Positions 21,301 through 31,061 of a stretch of DNA of 64,000 bases are shown piece after piece; position 1 is the first letter of the stretch; every line of letters starts with the position of its first letter. The stretch lies in the NCBI GenBank assembly GCA_018027755.1, contig GCA_018027755.1_4098.1. The stretch is one strand, 5' to 3'. Made by a program: the position numbers and the translations under genes. The DNA comes from a phage. Under the pieces are notes generated by a model. It was not told the DNA's origin and searched no databases. It was given only the letters and a program-made list of their open reading frames with translations.

Positions 21301-23881
21301 AATTAGTAATATTTGCAGTTGTTGAACCAAGGGTTGCAATAGTTGCATCAGTACTTTGAAGTTTAGGTAGAACACTACTAATTGTGGATTCATTACTAAC
21401 AATTGCACCAGTACTAGTTAAAGATTTGACAGTAACATCAGCCGTAGTAAGATCTACTGTACCATTAACAGTTAGGTTACCACCAATAGTTGCACCAGCA
21501 GTAGTAGTAATGGATTTAGCATTAACATCAGTTGTTGCTAGATCGATAGAGCCTGGAATAACTGCACCAGTAACAGTTAGGTCACCAGTTACATTTGTAT
21601 TATTGGAAATAGTGACACCACTTGCATTTGAAATGGTTGGGGTAACCAACGATGCAGTTGTAGTTTCACCAGTTACAGTTAAAGTTGACCCAACTAGAAC
21701 AGATGAGCTTGAGTAAATTGTACCCAAATTAGCAGATCCGGTAACAGTTATATCATCAGCATTAACAGTAGTTGCCGTTATGGTAGTACTATTAAGTACT
21801 GGAAGTACGTTAGCATTAACAAGATCATTACTTTTAACAATACCAGAAGTAGTTAATGATTTAACATTAAGGTCGGCTGCTGATAAATCAAAAGAGCCTT
21901 GAACTACTAAATCACCACCAATAGTTGCACCAGCAGTAGTAGTGATTGATTTAGCATTAATATCGGTAGTGCTCAAGTCTAGAGAACCAACAGTTAAGCT
22001 ACCAGTAATATCAACATTTTCTGTAAAGTTAGTATTACCACTAATAGTTGGTGCAGTCAGAGTTGTTGCACTAATATTAGTACCGTTAATTGTTTGCCCA
22101 CTTACAGTTCCACTCGCAGTGATAGTAGGGGCCGTTACTTCAGTAGATGCACTAATTGTTGGTGCAGATACAGAAGTTGTACCAGTAATAGAACCAGAAC
22201 TTACTGAACCAGCGGATAATGCACCAGAAAGAGTTGCAGTTGTACCAGCAATATCACCAGTAACAGTTAGTTTAGCACCCACGGTAGTGTTACCAGTACT
22301 TTCAAGTGTTGCACCTTTAATATTTGCTGCCGCGACAACAGAATTAGGTGTTAGATCCTGCCCACTAACATCAACAGTTAGTCCAGTTACTGTTCCAGTA
22401 AATTCAACATCATTAAGAATTGCTTTACCACCAACTTGTAGGAATGGTGTACCTGGAGCTTGTGTTTCGTTACCAGTAATAGTTAGGTAATCTAGTTTGT
22501 TTAGACCGTTACCAGTAATACCATAAGTGGAAAGAGAAGCGTTACCGAAAGTTGCTGTTTTAAGAACGTTCAATGTAGAAGGAGAAACGACTTCTGATTG
22601 AACTTCGTTAGGTAGAATAACTGTTGGGCGTTGACCTGGTGCAGTATATCCAAAACCTAGTTTCACTGCCGCATCTTGACTATTTTGGCCTAAGCTGATA
22701 GATTTAAAGGATGCAGTACTGTTATAACCAGTAATATTAGAACCAAGAGTAACACCACCAACTAATGAAGTTGCACCAGTAACGTTCAATGATACTGCAT
22801 TAATATCGTCTAGTTGGAATGATCCACCAAGAAGACCAGAAACATTAATGTTATTAAAATTAGCAGTTCCAGTACTTTCAATATTTGGAATAGTTGCAGT
22901 TCCGGTTACTTCAAAGTCAGCAACTTTGGTTTTGCCTTTTTGAACTTCTAATAGTGGTGTGTCTGGAGATTGTGTGTTGTTACCAGAAACTGTTAGATAA
23001 TCCAATTTGTTTAGACCATTACCAGTAATACCATAAGAAGATAATGACGCATTACCAAAAGAAGCAGAGGTCAATACTGTCAAGTTTGCAGGTGACATTA
23101 GCTCGGACTGAATTTCGTTTTGTAGAATAACAGTTGGGCGTTTACCAGGAGCAGTGTAAGGGAAGCTTAATCTGAAGGTTTGTGATTCAGAGTTAGAACC
23201 AATACGAATGTCTTTAAAAGTAGCAGTACTGTTAATACCAGTTACGTTAGCACCGAAAGTCACTGCACCTTGTTGGTTAGATGCACCAGAAACGTTCAAT
23301 GTTACTGCATTTAAGTCAGAAAGATTAAACTGACCACCTAATGTACCACTAATGGTTACATCTTTAAAAGTAGCAGTTCCAGTACTACTAATATCGGTTG
23401 TACTTACATTAGTAATTTCTGCGGAATTAGCAGTAATTTTATCAAATGCAGAAGTAGTACCAACATCAGCAGTAATATTACCTTTAAATGCTGTTGTTTC
23501 AGCAACTTCTAAGTTTTTAACTTTAGTTGCTTGTAGAGTGGTTGTACCAGCAGTTTGTGTGAAATCAGAACCAACTGATACAGTACCGTTAAAGGTAGCG
23601 TTTGAATTAATTGTTGCTGTATCAGACCCGACAACTGCACTACCGATTGTAGTATTACCCTCAACACCAAGACCACCAGAAAGTGTTGCTTTGCCACCAA
23701 CATCTAAAGTAGATGTAATGTTGGCAGTTGATGATTCAATGGCAGTAAAAGTTGCATTTGCAAAAGTTACAGTACCATTTACAGTTAGGTTATTATTGAA
23801 AACAGCATTTCCTTTGACTAAAAGATCCTTACCAACCGTACCAGCACCAGTAATATCTAAGTCAGTTTTTATTGAGTACAT
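18356..23881 (-). CDS. very large repetitive tail fiber protein (1841 aa)
   Basis: T/G/S/A/V-rich; about 130-aa units repeated at least 4 times (IDLxTTDVxAKSITTTAGAxIGGxLxVxGxxDLxxADVxVKSLTSTG); a second duplicated unit FGNASLSxYGITGNGLNKLDYLT. Confidence 0.7.
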   Translation of the reverse strand: MYSIKTDLDITGAGTVGKDLLVKGNAVFNNNLTVNGTVTFANATFTAIESSTANITSTLDVGGKATLSGGLGVEGNTTIGSAVVGSDTATINSNATFNGTVSVGSDFTQTAGTTTLQATKVKNLEVAETTAFKGNITADVGTTSAFDKITANSAEITNVSTTDISSTGTATFKDVTISGTLGGQFNLSDLNAVTLNVSGASNQQGAVTFGANVTGINSTATFKDIRIGSNSESQTFRLSFPYTAPGKRPTVILQNEIQSELMSPANLTVLTSASFGNASLSSYGITGNGLNKLDYLTVSGNNTQSPDTPLLEVQKGKTKVADFEVTGTATIPNIESTGTANFNNINVSGLLGGSFQLDDINAVSLNVTGATSLVGGVTLGSNITGYNSTASFKSISLGQNSQDAAVKLGFGYTAPGQRPTVILPNEVQSEVVSPSTLNVLKTATFGNASLSTYGITGNGLNKLDYLTITGNETQAPGTPFLQVGGKAILNDVEFTGTVTGLTVDVSGQDLTPNSVVAAANIKGATLESTGNTTVGAKLTVTGDIAGTTATLSGALSAGSVSSGSITGTTSVSAPTISASTEVTAPTITASGTVSGQTINGTNISATTLTAPTISGNTNFTENVDITGSLTVGSLDLSTTDINAKSITTTAGATIGGDLVVQGSFDLSAADLNVKSLTTSGIVKSNDLVNANVLPVLNSTTITATTVNADDITVTGSANLGTIYSSSSVLVGSTLTVTGETTTASLVTPTISNASGVTISNNTNVTGDLTVTGAVIPGSIDLATTDVNAKSITTTAGATIGGNLTVNGTVDLTTADVTVKSLTSTGAIVSNESTISSVLPKLQSTDATIATLGSTTANITNLNVTGASTVADVTSSGKVKAVSVETPTISNVDGVSISNNTSITGDLTVSGTVTPGAIDLSTTDVSAKSITTTAGANIGGDLVVSGTVDLSGADVSVKSLTSTGIITVSSAEGINVLPKVQSTEVTVSALNATNAVVSGDVSAATASISGAITGGSATLSGVGTALNVTNNATVGGVLTVGSITSAAENVSITKNTAITGNLAVSGTLTAGVIDLSTTDVSVKTLTSLGDATVQGNLTVDGTINLSSANIVGVTLESTGSTTVGTDLILTTGNITGSPSISGNLGVTGTTTLTGATTVSNTLNTAGKLTVNAGGIQVVAGGIQVDSGTITAPSANISGSSTLNSATVTTTLGVTGAASMNGGLTASTLDVTGDSTVQKLTVKGVFVPEGGLDLSGADLSVNSVTAATTLSVTGASTLTGGVSTSTVTASGKVTAQELSTGTLDVTTNGTVGGTLGVTGKATVGSLDSGAISATSGTFSTTLDVTGAATFGNNVNITGTLTPGALDLASTDVVANSLSVATTLHSDGNATIGGTLGVTGAVSAPSIALNGEGAALAVTNNATIGGTLGVTGATTLGSLTTSGAVKTGSDVIIGTKIGDQPETVQIFPNTYIAGSLRVDGGINADIDVSGQTIEPYAVVAADTISAAGNITSGAELISKSATIGDVGSQNNNLTINGNVVNNGNFTVTGLLNATLNQANSDVAVKSLTATNSVAAGTSITAGTSITATGLLKGNTLEVTTTGSFGGAVTMSSGANITGTVGITSGNLTVGGDISATGTATLAATSVTTITTSGAATLASASVTGAATIGGTLTVTGLMTANGSVVLGDAAADTLTVNATSSFKENAVFDKDVTVTGQLTTTNADLTTTTVTTKKYDVIPNQVTSSVIAPTGTWTPDGTSNVYFITLDQDTTLAPITGLIGGGKASSVYIYVKQDATGNRNFTTDGTYAVVDGTLNKTANSVTIYQVIYDGVSPVTDMFIAQRTA
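20640..22000 (-). repeat. in-frame tandem coding repeats (about 390-nt period) inside fiber gene
   Basis: Repeated peptide units above and near-identical antisense ORF translations in the track (20961-21359, 21384-21716). Confidence 0.55.
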
Positions 23882-23977
23882 TTATACCCTCCATTATAAC
23901 CTTGTTAATATGTATATATTTAGTTTTATTATGCTGTTATCCAACAATTAATATGTTATTTGACAAAAGCAAATATA

Positions 23978-24010
23978 ATAAAAACCAGACTTATTTAGAA
24001 CAAGTCTGGT
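23978..24010 (-). terminator. bidirectional intrinsic terminator
   Basis: CCAGACTT-loop-AAGTCTGG with A-run on one side and T-run on the other. Confidence 0.65.
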
Positions 24011-24018
24011 TAATTTTT

Positions 24019-24915
24019 TTACTTACCAGAGATGACAATCTTACCACTGAAAGAAATATCAGAAGTGAAGATTACATCACCAGTACTACTAATTTGTGTA
24101 TCAGTCACTACCAATTCAAATGGAGATGACGAAACACTCCCAGGTGTTTTATTTGCATAAATTGAAATATACAAATTATCTGGTGTTTGATTGTGTTCAG
24201 ATGCAGGAATAGTGATTGTAAAATCACCATCACTAGAAACCCAATCTGCTTGGTTTACCAATTTACTATAAGGTACTGTCATTGTTGTTGCTCCTATAAT
24301 GTTTACTTTAACACTTGCATAATCTGTGATTTGACCAATCACATCAATTGTTATATCCCCAATACCACTAACTGTTACTGTGGTTTGGAATACTGATTCC
24401 AATGCAACATTACCTGGGTCACCTTGTAGTTGGATCATAATATCAGAACCTCTACCATGAACTGATTCTGGTAGTGTGTAAGTATAATGATCAGTAGTAT
24501 CTGGCACTAATGTAAATGCAGAAACAGGAACTATTTCAGTAGTTACATATGAGCTATCAGTCCCAGGTGAGCTACCTTTAAATGGTTTCCAAATACCAAG
24601 ATCTTTAATATAAATTTGAAGAACATTAGTACTATCAACCAAAAAGTAAACGTCACCATCTAGACCGATCGAATCGGATGGTGCTGTTGTTCCACGTAAG
24701 ATACCAGAACTACCACCACCACTGTGTGCGTTTAAATATCCCAATGTAACCAAGTGTGTGTTTGCAGTTGGTTCACCTGCTGAAATTGGAAGAAGTTGTG
24801 TTCCTGAGTAGTTTTGAATTTGCACAACACTACCATTTGTGGTAATCTGTGCACCATTCTTCCCAAGAATGAAGGACTTCTTCATGGTTCCTTCTAAATT
24901 AGAAAAAACTGCCAT
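24019..24915 (-). CDS. tail fiber/spike protein sharing N-terminal adapter with next gene
   Basis: N-terminus MAVFSNLEGTMKKSFILGKNGA paralogous to MAVFSNFEGTMQPKFILGKKGA of ORF 24932-27073; GGAG RBS. Confidence 0.55.
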   Translation of the reverse strand: MAVFSNLEGTMKKSFILGKNGAQITTNGSVVQIQNYSGTQLLPISAGEPTANTHLVTLGYLNAHSGGGSSGILRGTTAPSDSIGLDGDVYFLVDSTNVLQIYIKDLGIWKPFKGSSPGTDSSYVTTEIVPVSAFTLVPDTTDHYTYTLPESVHGRGSDIMIQLQGDPGNVALESVFQTTVTVSGIGDITIDVIGQITDYASVKVNIIGATTMTVPYSKLVNQADWVSSDGDFTITIPASEHNQTPDNLYISIYANKTPGSVSSSPFELVVTDTQISSTGDVIFTSDISFSGKIVISGK

Positions 24916-24931
24916 TTTAATATAATCTCCT

Positions 24932-27073
24932 TTATGGTAGGGTTATGTAAGTTACGGGTTGGGCAGCTTTTAATGCTGCACCAGCGGCAGTTGCTGTTAT
25001 GATAGGATCTGCAATATCAATTCTATATACGTTGTTTACAACATACACTGCACGAGTTATATACGTTCTCAAATCACCACCATTTTCACCAGCACCGGAT
25101 ATAATGATCTCAGTACCAGCAGCTTTTGCATATTGGTTTTCACCCCATGACACACCCAATGCTTCTATGTATGTTTGTCCTGCTACCGTTTGTCTAATTG
25201 TGTCATATTTTCCGAAAAAAGAACCACCAACAGTTACAATATATTTTCCACCCGATTGTTTATGAATAATCGTGCCTTCAGAGAAATAGCGTCCCCCAGG
25301 AAAAGTATCGTATGGAATATAATATTGCTCAACTACAGGTATCAGTACTGGGCCACGGTGTCCTGTACCATCGATTGCAGTTGTAACTTTAAAGTTATTA
25401 GATGATTGGTCTATTCTGTCTACATACATTTTAGAAAAACTATATTTTGAAACATTACAATCATCTTGAACAACACAGTTAGTCCAATTAGTATAAGTAT
25501 ATTTAGAGCGAGTATAGATACCACCACCTTCGCCTTCTGTAGAGAGGTGTTGACCAATTACATCTAATTCTTTAGTTCTAATATCACTAAATTTAGATGA
25601 TGATGGCAAACCACGCCAAAGAATTTTAGAACAGGTGATATTGCTCAATTCTGTATTATTTAACCAATTATCAGAACCGGAAGTATAAACAAGTATAGAA
25701 GACTCTGGAATATAGAGATTAGAAATTTTAAAGTTTCTAGGTGGTCCAGCAAAACGACCAGAAGTTACACCCCAGTTTATTGAAACCATTCTATTTGTGA
25801 TAGAAGGATCATTAAGCAAATGACCAGTCAACCCATCAATAATGAATTCTTTAGAACCATAAGTTATAACACCAGCAGTGGTTAATCCAGTACCGACAGA
25901 AACTAAAGATGATGGATAAACTTCATTATTAAGTATTTTAAAGTCCATGCCTAATTCAACGTGGATACATTGTCTAACATTATATAGTCTGTTATTTTTA
26001 ATAACAAAGTTTCTTACATATTGTGTGTCTGGTGCATCTAAACCATAAGGTCCAGAACCAGCAACTCCAATACCAATACCCCAGTTTGAAAGTGGGATTG
26101 GAGCGTTAGAACCATCAACGTTTTCAATTATGTTCCCTTCAATAACAAAACCATCAGGATAGTGTGAGTTAATTACGTTTAGTTCAATTGCATCACCATA
26201 TATATCATGTATGTGGTTATATGAATATCTACCAACCTTCATTTTCTCACCAGTACCTTGTTGAAGAACGCCATACTTACATTGGGTCATTTCATTAAAG
26301 CAAAAATCTATTGTACCTGGTTGTGTCATACCTTGCATTAAAAATGCAGCAGTACTTGTGATGTTTATAAATTTATTAAAATAAAACTTACCATCGCCGC
26401 CGAAGAATTTTAAATAACATCCAGTAAGTGTTGCAAATTGTATTTGGGAATTAATAACGGATACCATAGTACCACCGTTACCAGTAATAGTTCCCCCAAA
26501 CCAAGTTACATCTTCCAGATATATTGCAGTTTTGATACGGTAATTACCACCAGCCTGAATTTGGATTTTATTTTCTTTAGCATAAGCAGCACATAAATTT
26601 ACAGCAGCAGTGTCATCAGTTTCGCCATCACCTTTAGCACCAAATTCTTCTGGTGTTATATAAAACTGTGCCTGTTGAACTGTACCTCCAGTAATAAGTC
26701 CGATGAAATCTCCACCATTTTTACTGGATAGAACTTTTTTATTAATGTATAATGATTTTACCCATGTACCATTGCTTTTTGCAAAAATATCAACAATACC
26801 ATCTTCATCAATTTGAAAATACGTATTATTGTTCTTTCCTATATCATCGGTAGGTGGTACAACACCAAATAATGCATTAGGGTTATCTTCAAGATATTTT
26901 ACGTTAACTGCTGAATTAGGATCAGATGAAGTTCCTACCTTCAGTGGTAGGAACTGTTCTCCTAGATAATCTTTTATAGAAACTGAATCATTGATAAAAT
27001 TTATTGAAGCACCTTTTTTCCCCAATATGAATTTGGGCTGCATAGTTCCTTCAAAATTAGAAAATACTGCCAT
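24932..27073 (-). CDS. tailspike protein with pectate-lyase-type (right-handed beta-helix) depolymerase domain
   Basis: Hallmark motif FGAKGDGETDDTAAVNLCAAYA; shared N-terminal adapter; GGAGG RBS. Confidence 0.7.
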   Translation of the reverse strand: MAVFSNFEGTMQPKFILGKKGASINFINDSVSIKDYLGEQFLPLKVGTSSDPNSAVNVKYLEDNPNALFGVVPPTDDIGKNNNTYFQIDEDGIVDIFAKSNGTWVKSLYINKKVLSSKNGGDFIGLITGGTVQQAQFYITPEEFGAKGDGETDDTAAVNLCAAYAKENKIQIQAGGNYRIKTAIYLEDVTWFGGTITGNGGTMVSVINSQIQFATLTGCYLKFFGGDGKFYFNKFINITSTAAFLMQGMTQPGTIDFCFNEMTQCKYGVLQQGTGEKMKVGRYSYNHIHDIYGDAIELNVINSHYPDGFVIEGNIIENVDGSNAPIPLSNWGIGIGVAGSGPYGLDAPDTQYVRNFVIKNNRLYNVRQCIHVELGMDFKILNNEVYPSSLVSVGTGLTTAGVITYGSKEFIIDGLTGHLLNDPSITNRMVSINWGVTSGRFAGPPRNFKISNLYIPESSILVYTSGSDNWLNNTELSNITCSKILWRGLPSSSKFSDIRTKELDVIGQHLSTEGEGGGIYTRSKYTYTNWTNCVVQDDCNVSKYSFSKMYVDRIDQSSNNFKVTTAIDGTGHRGPVLIPVVEQYYIPYDTFPGGRYFSEGTIIHKQSGGKYIVTVGGSFFGKYDTIRQTVAGQTYIEALGVSWGENQYAKAAGTEIIISGAGENGGDLRTYITRAVYVVNNVYRIDIADPIITATAAGAALKAAQPVTYITLP

Positions 27074-27087
27074 TATGACATCCTCCC

Positions 27088-28215
27088 TTAAATATTATCT
27101 TGAATCGGTTGGATAGGAGCTTGCCATGAAAGAGTACAAATAATTTCCATTTTTCCATAAGGACTGTTGTTAACAGAATCGTTGAATACACATGAAATAA
27201 TTTCATCAACATCGGATGCTGCATGATTAGTTTCATTAACAATAAAACGCATCTGACGATTGATATCAAAGTAGGAAGTTGGTGCAATTACAGTTCCACC
27301 AATATCTTCTTGTGCTTCACCACCAAAACGTACAAACATATCAGTTACAGGAAGAGAATAAGGTTGTATAACGTTTACATCAATATTAGAAACTACATAT
27401 CCAGCAGGACACGTACCAATAACTAATAGTGCGTTAGTCCATGAGCTATCTATTGTATTTCTAATAGAAATTGTATCTTTACCTGGTGCACCTGGTTCGC
27501 CTTGTATACCTTGAATACCTTGCTGACCTTCTTTACCACGGAATAGAATACCATCACTCCACTCTTTTGAAGGAGGGGTAGTTGTAGTTACTTCATCAAC
27601 ATAATATAGTTTTCCATCAGTGTTGTTATAAAAACAATAATCAACTGGAAGATTTTCAATACTTGGAAATTGATCACCACTACTATCAATATGGAAACGA
27701 CCACGCGGACCTTGTTCACCACGGAAAGGGATACCATCACTCCAAGTGGCAGTTACACTTTGATAGAAATAAAGCTTACCATCTTGAGTATTATAAAATG
27801 TATAGTTATTAAAAAGACCAGTTGTTGGGAAAGTAGTCCCAGCACTATCAATGTGGAACGGCTTACCCGCTTCACCAGTATCACCTTTACCAAACTCAAC
27901 ACTAATCCATGTACTTGTCGGATCTTGTGCATCGTTTGATTTAAAGTATAGAGTACTGGTGTTGTTAGCCAAGCTTAAGTAGCACCACCCAAGTGGTTCA
28001 CCAACTTTAAATTGTTCGGAAGGAATTTCAAAACCAATCTCATTAGGATAAAAGTTTTTACCATTCTCGCCATTCTGTCCTACAACAAGACCTAAATCTT
28101 GAATTGTGTTATCTGCATAGGTTACAATTAAATGCCCAGCACCATTAATAACTAGACTTTTGATGCCGGAGTTATTACATGAACCACTGGACCCATTGTT
28201 AAATGAAATTGTCAT
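27088..28215 (-). CDS. collagen-like repeat tail fiber protein
   Basis: G-X-Y runs GQNGENGKN, GEQGPRG, GKEGQQGIQGIQGEPGAPGKD; ATG at 28215 has AGGGA RBS (track start 28251 is TTG). Confidence 0.55.
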   Translation of the reverse strand: MTISFNNGSSGSCNNSGIKSLVINGAGHLIVTYADNTIQDLGLVVGQNGENGKNFYPNEIGFEIPSEQFKVGEPLGWCYLSLANNTSTLYFKSNDAQDPTSTWISVEFGKGDTGEAGKPFHIDSAGTTFPTTGLFNNYTFYNTQDGKLYFYQSVTATWSDGIPFRGEQGPRGRFHIDSSGDQFPSIENLPVDYCFYNNTDGKLYYVDEVTTTTPPSKEWSDGILFRGKEGQQGIQGIQGEPGAPGKDTISIRNTIDSSWTNALLVIGTCPAGYVVSNIDVNVIQPYSLPVTDMFVRFGGEAQEDIGGTVIAPTSYFDINRQMRFIVNETNHAASDVDEIISCVFNDSVNNSPYGKMEIICTLSWQAPIQPIQDNI

Positions 28216-28325
28216 AATATTTCCCTTGTATGAGTTAATGTCATATACCAATATTTATCAGTACAAAATACATTTCGTTATCATTAATAAATAAATGAAA
28301 GTTCACTACTAAAAGGGCTTAAACA

Positions 28326-28823
28326 ATGGCATTAAGATCAAAAGACTTTCTCTTCAGAAGAAAAACAAAAGATGGTTCATGGCAAGATTTTCCTGAATCT
28401 GATAGCTGGTATCCAGCTAACTTGGATTATCACTGGAATGAACAAACGTTACCACTAGCAAGTGGTGGCTACTATGGCTGTACTACAGGTTTACATACGA
28501 TTTCATTTACACTACGTAATTTTATTGGTAGAATTTATGTGTTAGCTACATTAGCTAGTAATCCTACTGATGATGATTGGTTTCCAATTAAATTCACTGA
28601 AAGTTGTAATTATTATCTTGAATTTACTGATATGGTTATTTTAAATCCAAATGGTGGAGATTTAATTAGACAACAAGGAACTACCGGAACATTTGCTGAA
28701 ACAGTAACTGGTAATTTTACTTACCTTAAAGTTGGTATAGACCGTGATTATATTAGTAAGTATCCATCAGATGTCCAAAAAAGTTTAGCTGGGAAGTTAG
28801 AACAAATTTTAATTAACTACTAA
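28326..28823 (+). CDS. hypothetical protein
   Basis: First gene of a 3-gene plus-strand island. Confidence 0.35.
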   Translation: MALRSKDFLFRRKTKDGSWQDFPESDSWYPANLDYHWNEQTLPLASGGYYGCTTGLHTISFTLRNFIGRIYVLATLASNPTDDDWFPIKFTESCNYYLEFTDMVILNPNGGDLIRQQGTTGTFAETVTGNFTYLKVGIDRDYISKYPSDVQKSLAGKLEQILINY

Positions 28824-28832
28824 GGATTAGAA

Positions 28833-29441
28833 ATGAAATTAGAAACAGAACAACCAAAACTATTTGTTAAAGGTCATGTCCTAATTACTGACGTTACTGA
28901 TCCATCAAATCAAAAAATCGTTTTAGATAAATCTAACGCTATTCACCCTGAAAATATGAGTACTGCCATTGCTAATGCGTTAGCATATAATCAAGACAGT
29001 ACTGGTATTCCTATTGGTTCTATTAGCGAGATGCGTTTTGGTAATGGTGGTACAGTAGTTTTAAGTACTGGGCGTGTTACTTATAAAAAACCACGTGTTA
29101 CATCATTTGGTGGTTTGTATTCACAAACATATTTGAAAAAAATCAACCCACGAATTACGGCAGGTATTGATTCACAATACAATAATATTACAACTGTACA
29201 TATACCAGGTCAGTCCTATACTGATATTGTATGTATTTGTACTCTAGGGTTAGGTGAACCATCCGACCAAGGTGTAAGCTCAGGGACAAGCATGGATGGA
29301 ACTTATGTATTTGATGAATTGGGATTGTACACGGATGGCGATAGTGGTATTCCTTTAACCCATATCATTTTTCACCCAGTTGAGAAAAGTGCAAACCGTG
29401 TCTTACAAATTAAATACACAGTTCGTGTACAATTACAATAA
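28833..29441 (+). CDS. hypothetical protein
   Basis: ORF, tightly packed. Confidence 0.35.
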   Translation: MKLETEQPKLFVKGHVLITDVTDPSNQKIVLDKSNAIHPENMSTAIANALAYNQDSTGIPIGSISEMRFGNGGTVVLSTGRVTYKKPRVTSFGGLYSQTYLKKINPRITAGIDSQYNNITTVHIPGQSYTDIVCICTLGLGEPSDQGVSSGTSMDGTYVFDELGLYTDGDSGIPLTHIIFHPVEKSANRVLQIKYTVRVQLQ

Positions 29442-29453
29442 TGGGGACATATA

Positions 29454-30554
29454 ATGAGTGTTAATTATACAATTTATAGAAGTAATGGTAGTGTTTATGC
29501 TACCATTCCAAATAATGTTATTTTAGGACCAAACCAGCCAGGAAGTAACCCAGTTCCGTTAAATTTAGTTGGTAGAAACAAAGTAAGTTATGGTCAAGCA
29601 TGGAACGAAAACTTTTTACATTTAGTTGAAAATTTCAGTTCAGCATCTGCACCACGTGGCAACGTCAATGGTCAACTTTGGTATAGAAACACTGGTAGTA
29701 CTGGTGAGTTATTGATATCATTAGTTGATAATGCTAGACAACCTGCTGATATGGTAAGTGAAGCTGAATGGGCGGCTATCCCTATGATTACTGTTTTTAA
29801 CACAGTACCTGATGGTGAAAATAGTGTTATGGGTCGTATGGTATTAACTAGTAACGGTGATTCTCTTCGTGTGTTAATGAAAAACAAAGAATGGCGTGAA
29901 ATTCAAACATCTAGACCAGAAAACAAAGAGTATTCATCATTATTAGATATTAACTATGATAATGGTAAAAAATATATAGAGTTCACACAAAGTAACAGTA
30001 CTAAACCAATTGCGTATTTTAACTTAGGCGGTACTTCACAAGTAGATACAAATAACTGGACAACATTAACTAATGGTACTGGTGTCTTTGAATTTGGTAG
30101 CAACTATTTCTATGAATTAAAAATTATGATTAGAGAAGTAAATGATTCTTCTGGTGAGATAGTTTCTCTTCCATACAATTCAAAAACCTTTTTTATAAAA
30201 GGGCAATTTTATGTAGATAATCAAGGAACTTTTGTTCCTGGTTCGGTGGGGGCAAGTCAAATGCCAGACCCACGTAGGATTACACAATTAGAATCCATAA
30301 AAGATGTTATTACCAGTAGTCGCCCAAACTGGGACGTAAATATTGTTATTAATGGTGTAGATCCATCTATCCCAAATCCTAATGGAACATCTAAAGCTGA
30401 TTATGAAAATTGGGTTATCAATTCTCTAAACTCAAATAAAAATTTAGGTTTTCGAGTTGATGGTAGCATTAGTAATCTAACTGCTGGTGAATCCGTTAAA
30501 CTACAAGCATCCGTGTTGTTAAATATTACAGGTATTCCGATTATTGGAGTATAA
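29454..30554 (+). CDS. hypothetical protein, possibly fiber-associated
   Basis: ORF; N/S/T-rich; ends at a bidirectional terminator. Confidence 0.35.
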   Translation: MSVNYTIYRSNGSVYATIPNNVILGPNQPGSNPVPLNLVGRNKVSYGQAWNENFLHLVENFSSASAPRGNVNGQLWYRNTGSTGELLISLVDNARQPADMVSEAEWAAIPMITVFNTVPDGENSVMGRMVLTSNGDSLRVLMKNKEWREIQTSRPENKEYSSLLDINYDNGKKYIEFTQSNSTKPIAYFNLGGTSQVDTNNWTTLTNGTGVFEFGSNYFYELKIMIREVNDSSGEIVSLPYNSKTFFIKGQFYVDNQGTFVPGSVGASQMPDPRRITQLESIKDVITSSRPNWDVNIVINGVDPSIPNPNGTSKADYENWVINSLNSNKNLGFRVDGSISNLTAGESVKLQASVLLNITGIPIIGV

Positions 30555-30585
30555 AAAAAGGAGCCACACGGCTCCTTTTTGTTTT
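30553..30585 (+). terminator. bidirectional intrinsic terminator
   Basis: AAAAAAA-GGAGCC-ACAC-GGCTCC-TTTTTGTTTT. Confidence 0.75.
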
Positions 30586-31048
30586 AATATCTATATGGTA
30601 AACTGTTGACAAACTGTGTACCTTCACGTATACTTTCCCATAGTGAGTAAAAATCTTTCATTAAGTTTGTGTTAAGTAAAGTATTTTTAGCACCAGGGTG
30701 TAATGGTTTAGGCCAAGAACCAATTCTAACCCAAGCATAACCAGAGCTTTCATGATTTAAAGTTGGTACAAATTCATTCTCAACTACAATAACAAATGAA
30801 TAATATTTAAATTTACCATTTTTTGTACAAAATACATCAAACGGTATAATATCAATAATGTTAGGTATTGAGTTGCCCAACTCTTCTTTAATTTCTCTCA
30901 TCAGACCTTGTAGTGGTGTTTCGTTATGTTCAAGCTTTCCACCAACAAATGCCCAGTTGTTAGAATAGGTACTTCTTTCAGAACGCAAGTTTAACATCAT
31001 ATGTCCAGTACTTTTTGATAAAAATATAGCACCAACCGCTTCATTCAT
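30584..31048 (-). CDS. Nudix hydrolase
   Basis: Nudix box GGKLEHNETPLQGLMREIKEELG matches Gx5Ex7REUxEExGU. Confidence 0.85.
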   Translation of the reverse strand: MNEAVGAIFLSKSTGHMMLNLRSERSTYSNNWAFVGGKLEHNETPLQGLMREIKEELGNSIPNIIDIIPFDVFCTKNGKFKYYSFVIVVENEFVPTLNHESSGYAWVRIGSWPKPLHPGAKNTLLNTNLMKDFYSLWESIREGTQFVNSLPYRY

Positions 31049-31061
31049 AACAACACCTCCT

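Noticed and set aside
18783-22490. Plus-strand ORFs of 96-242 aa (A/V/P/T-rich) inside the 1841-aa fiber gene
   Set aside because: They are antisense shadows of a repetitive G/T/S-rich coding sequence; near-identical translations simply mirror the tandem repeats, and no independent RBS or promoter signals were seen.
20640-23100. Possible CRISPR-like or satellite repeat array
   Set aside because: The repeats are long (about 390-510 nt), in-frame and encode protein repeat units; there is no short repeat-spacer architecture.
23352-24129. ORFs 23352-23951 (+) and 23872-24129 (+) spanning the fiber gene start and intergenic terminator
   Set aside because: They cross a bidirectional terminator and the start of the minus-strand fiber gene; hydrophobic low-complexity translation is typical of AT-rich noise.
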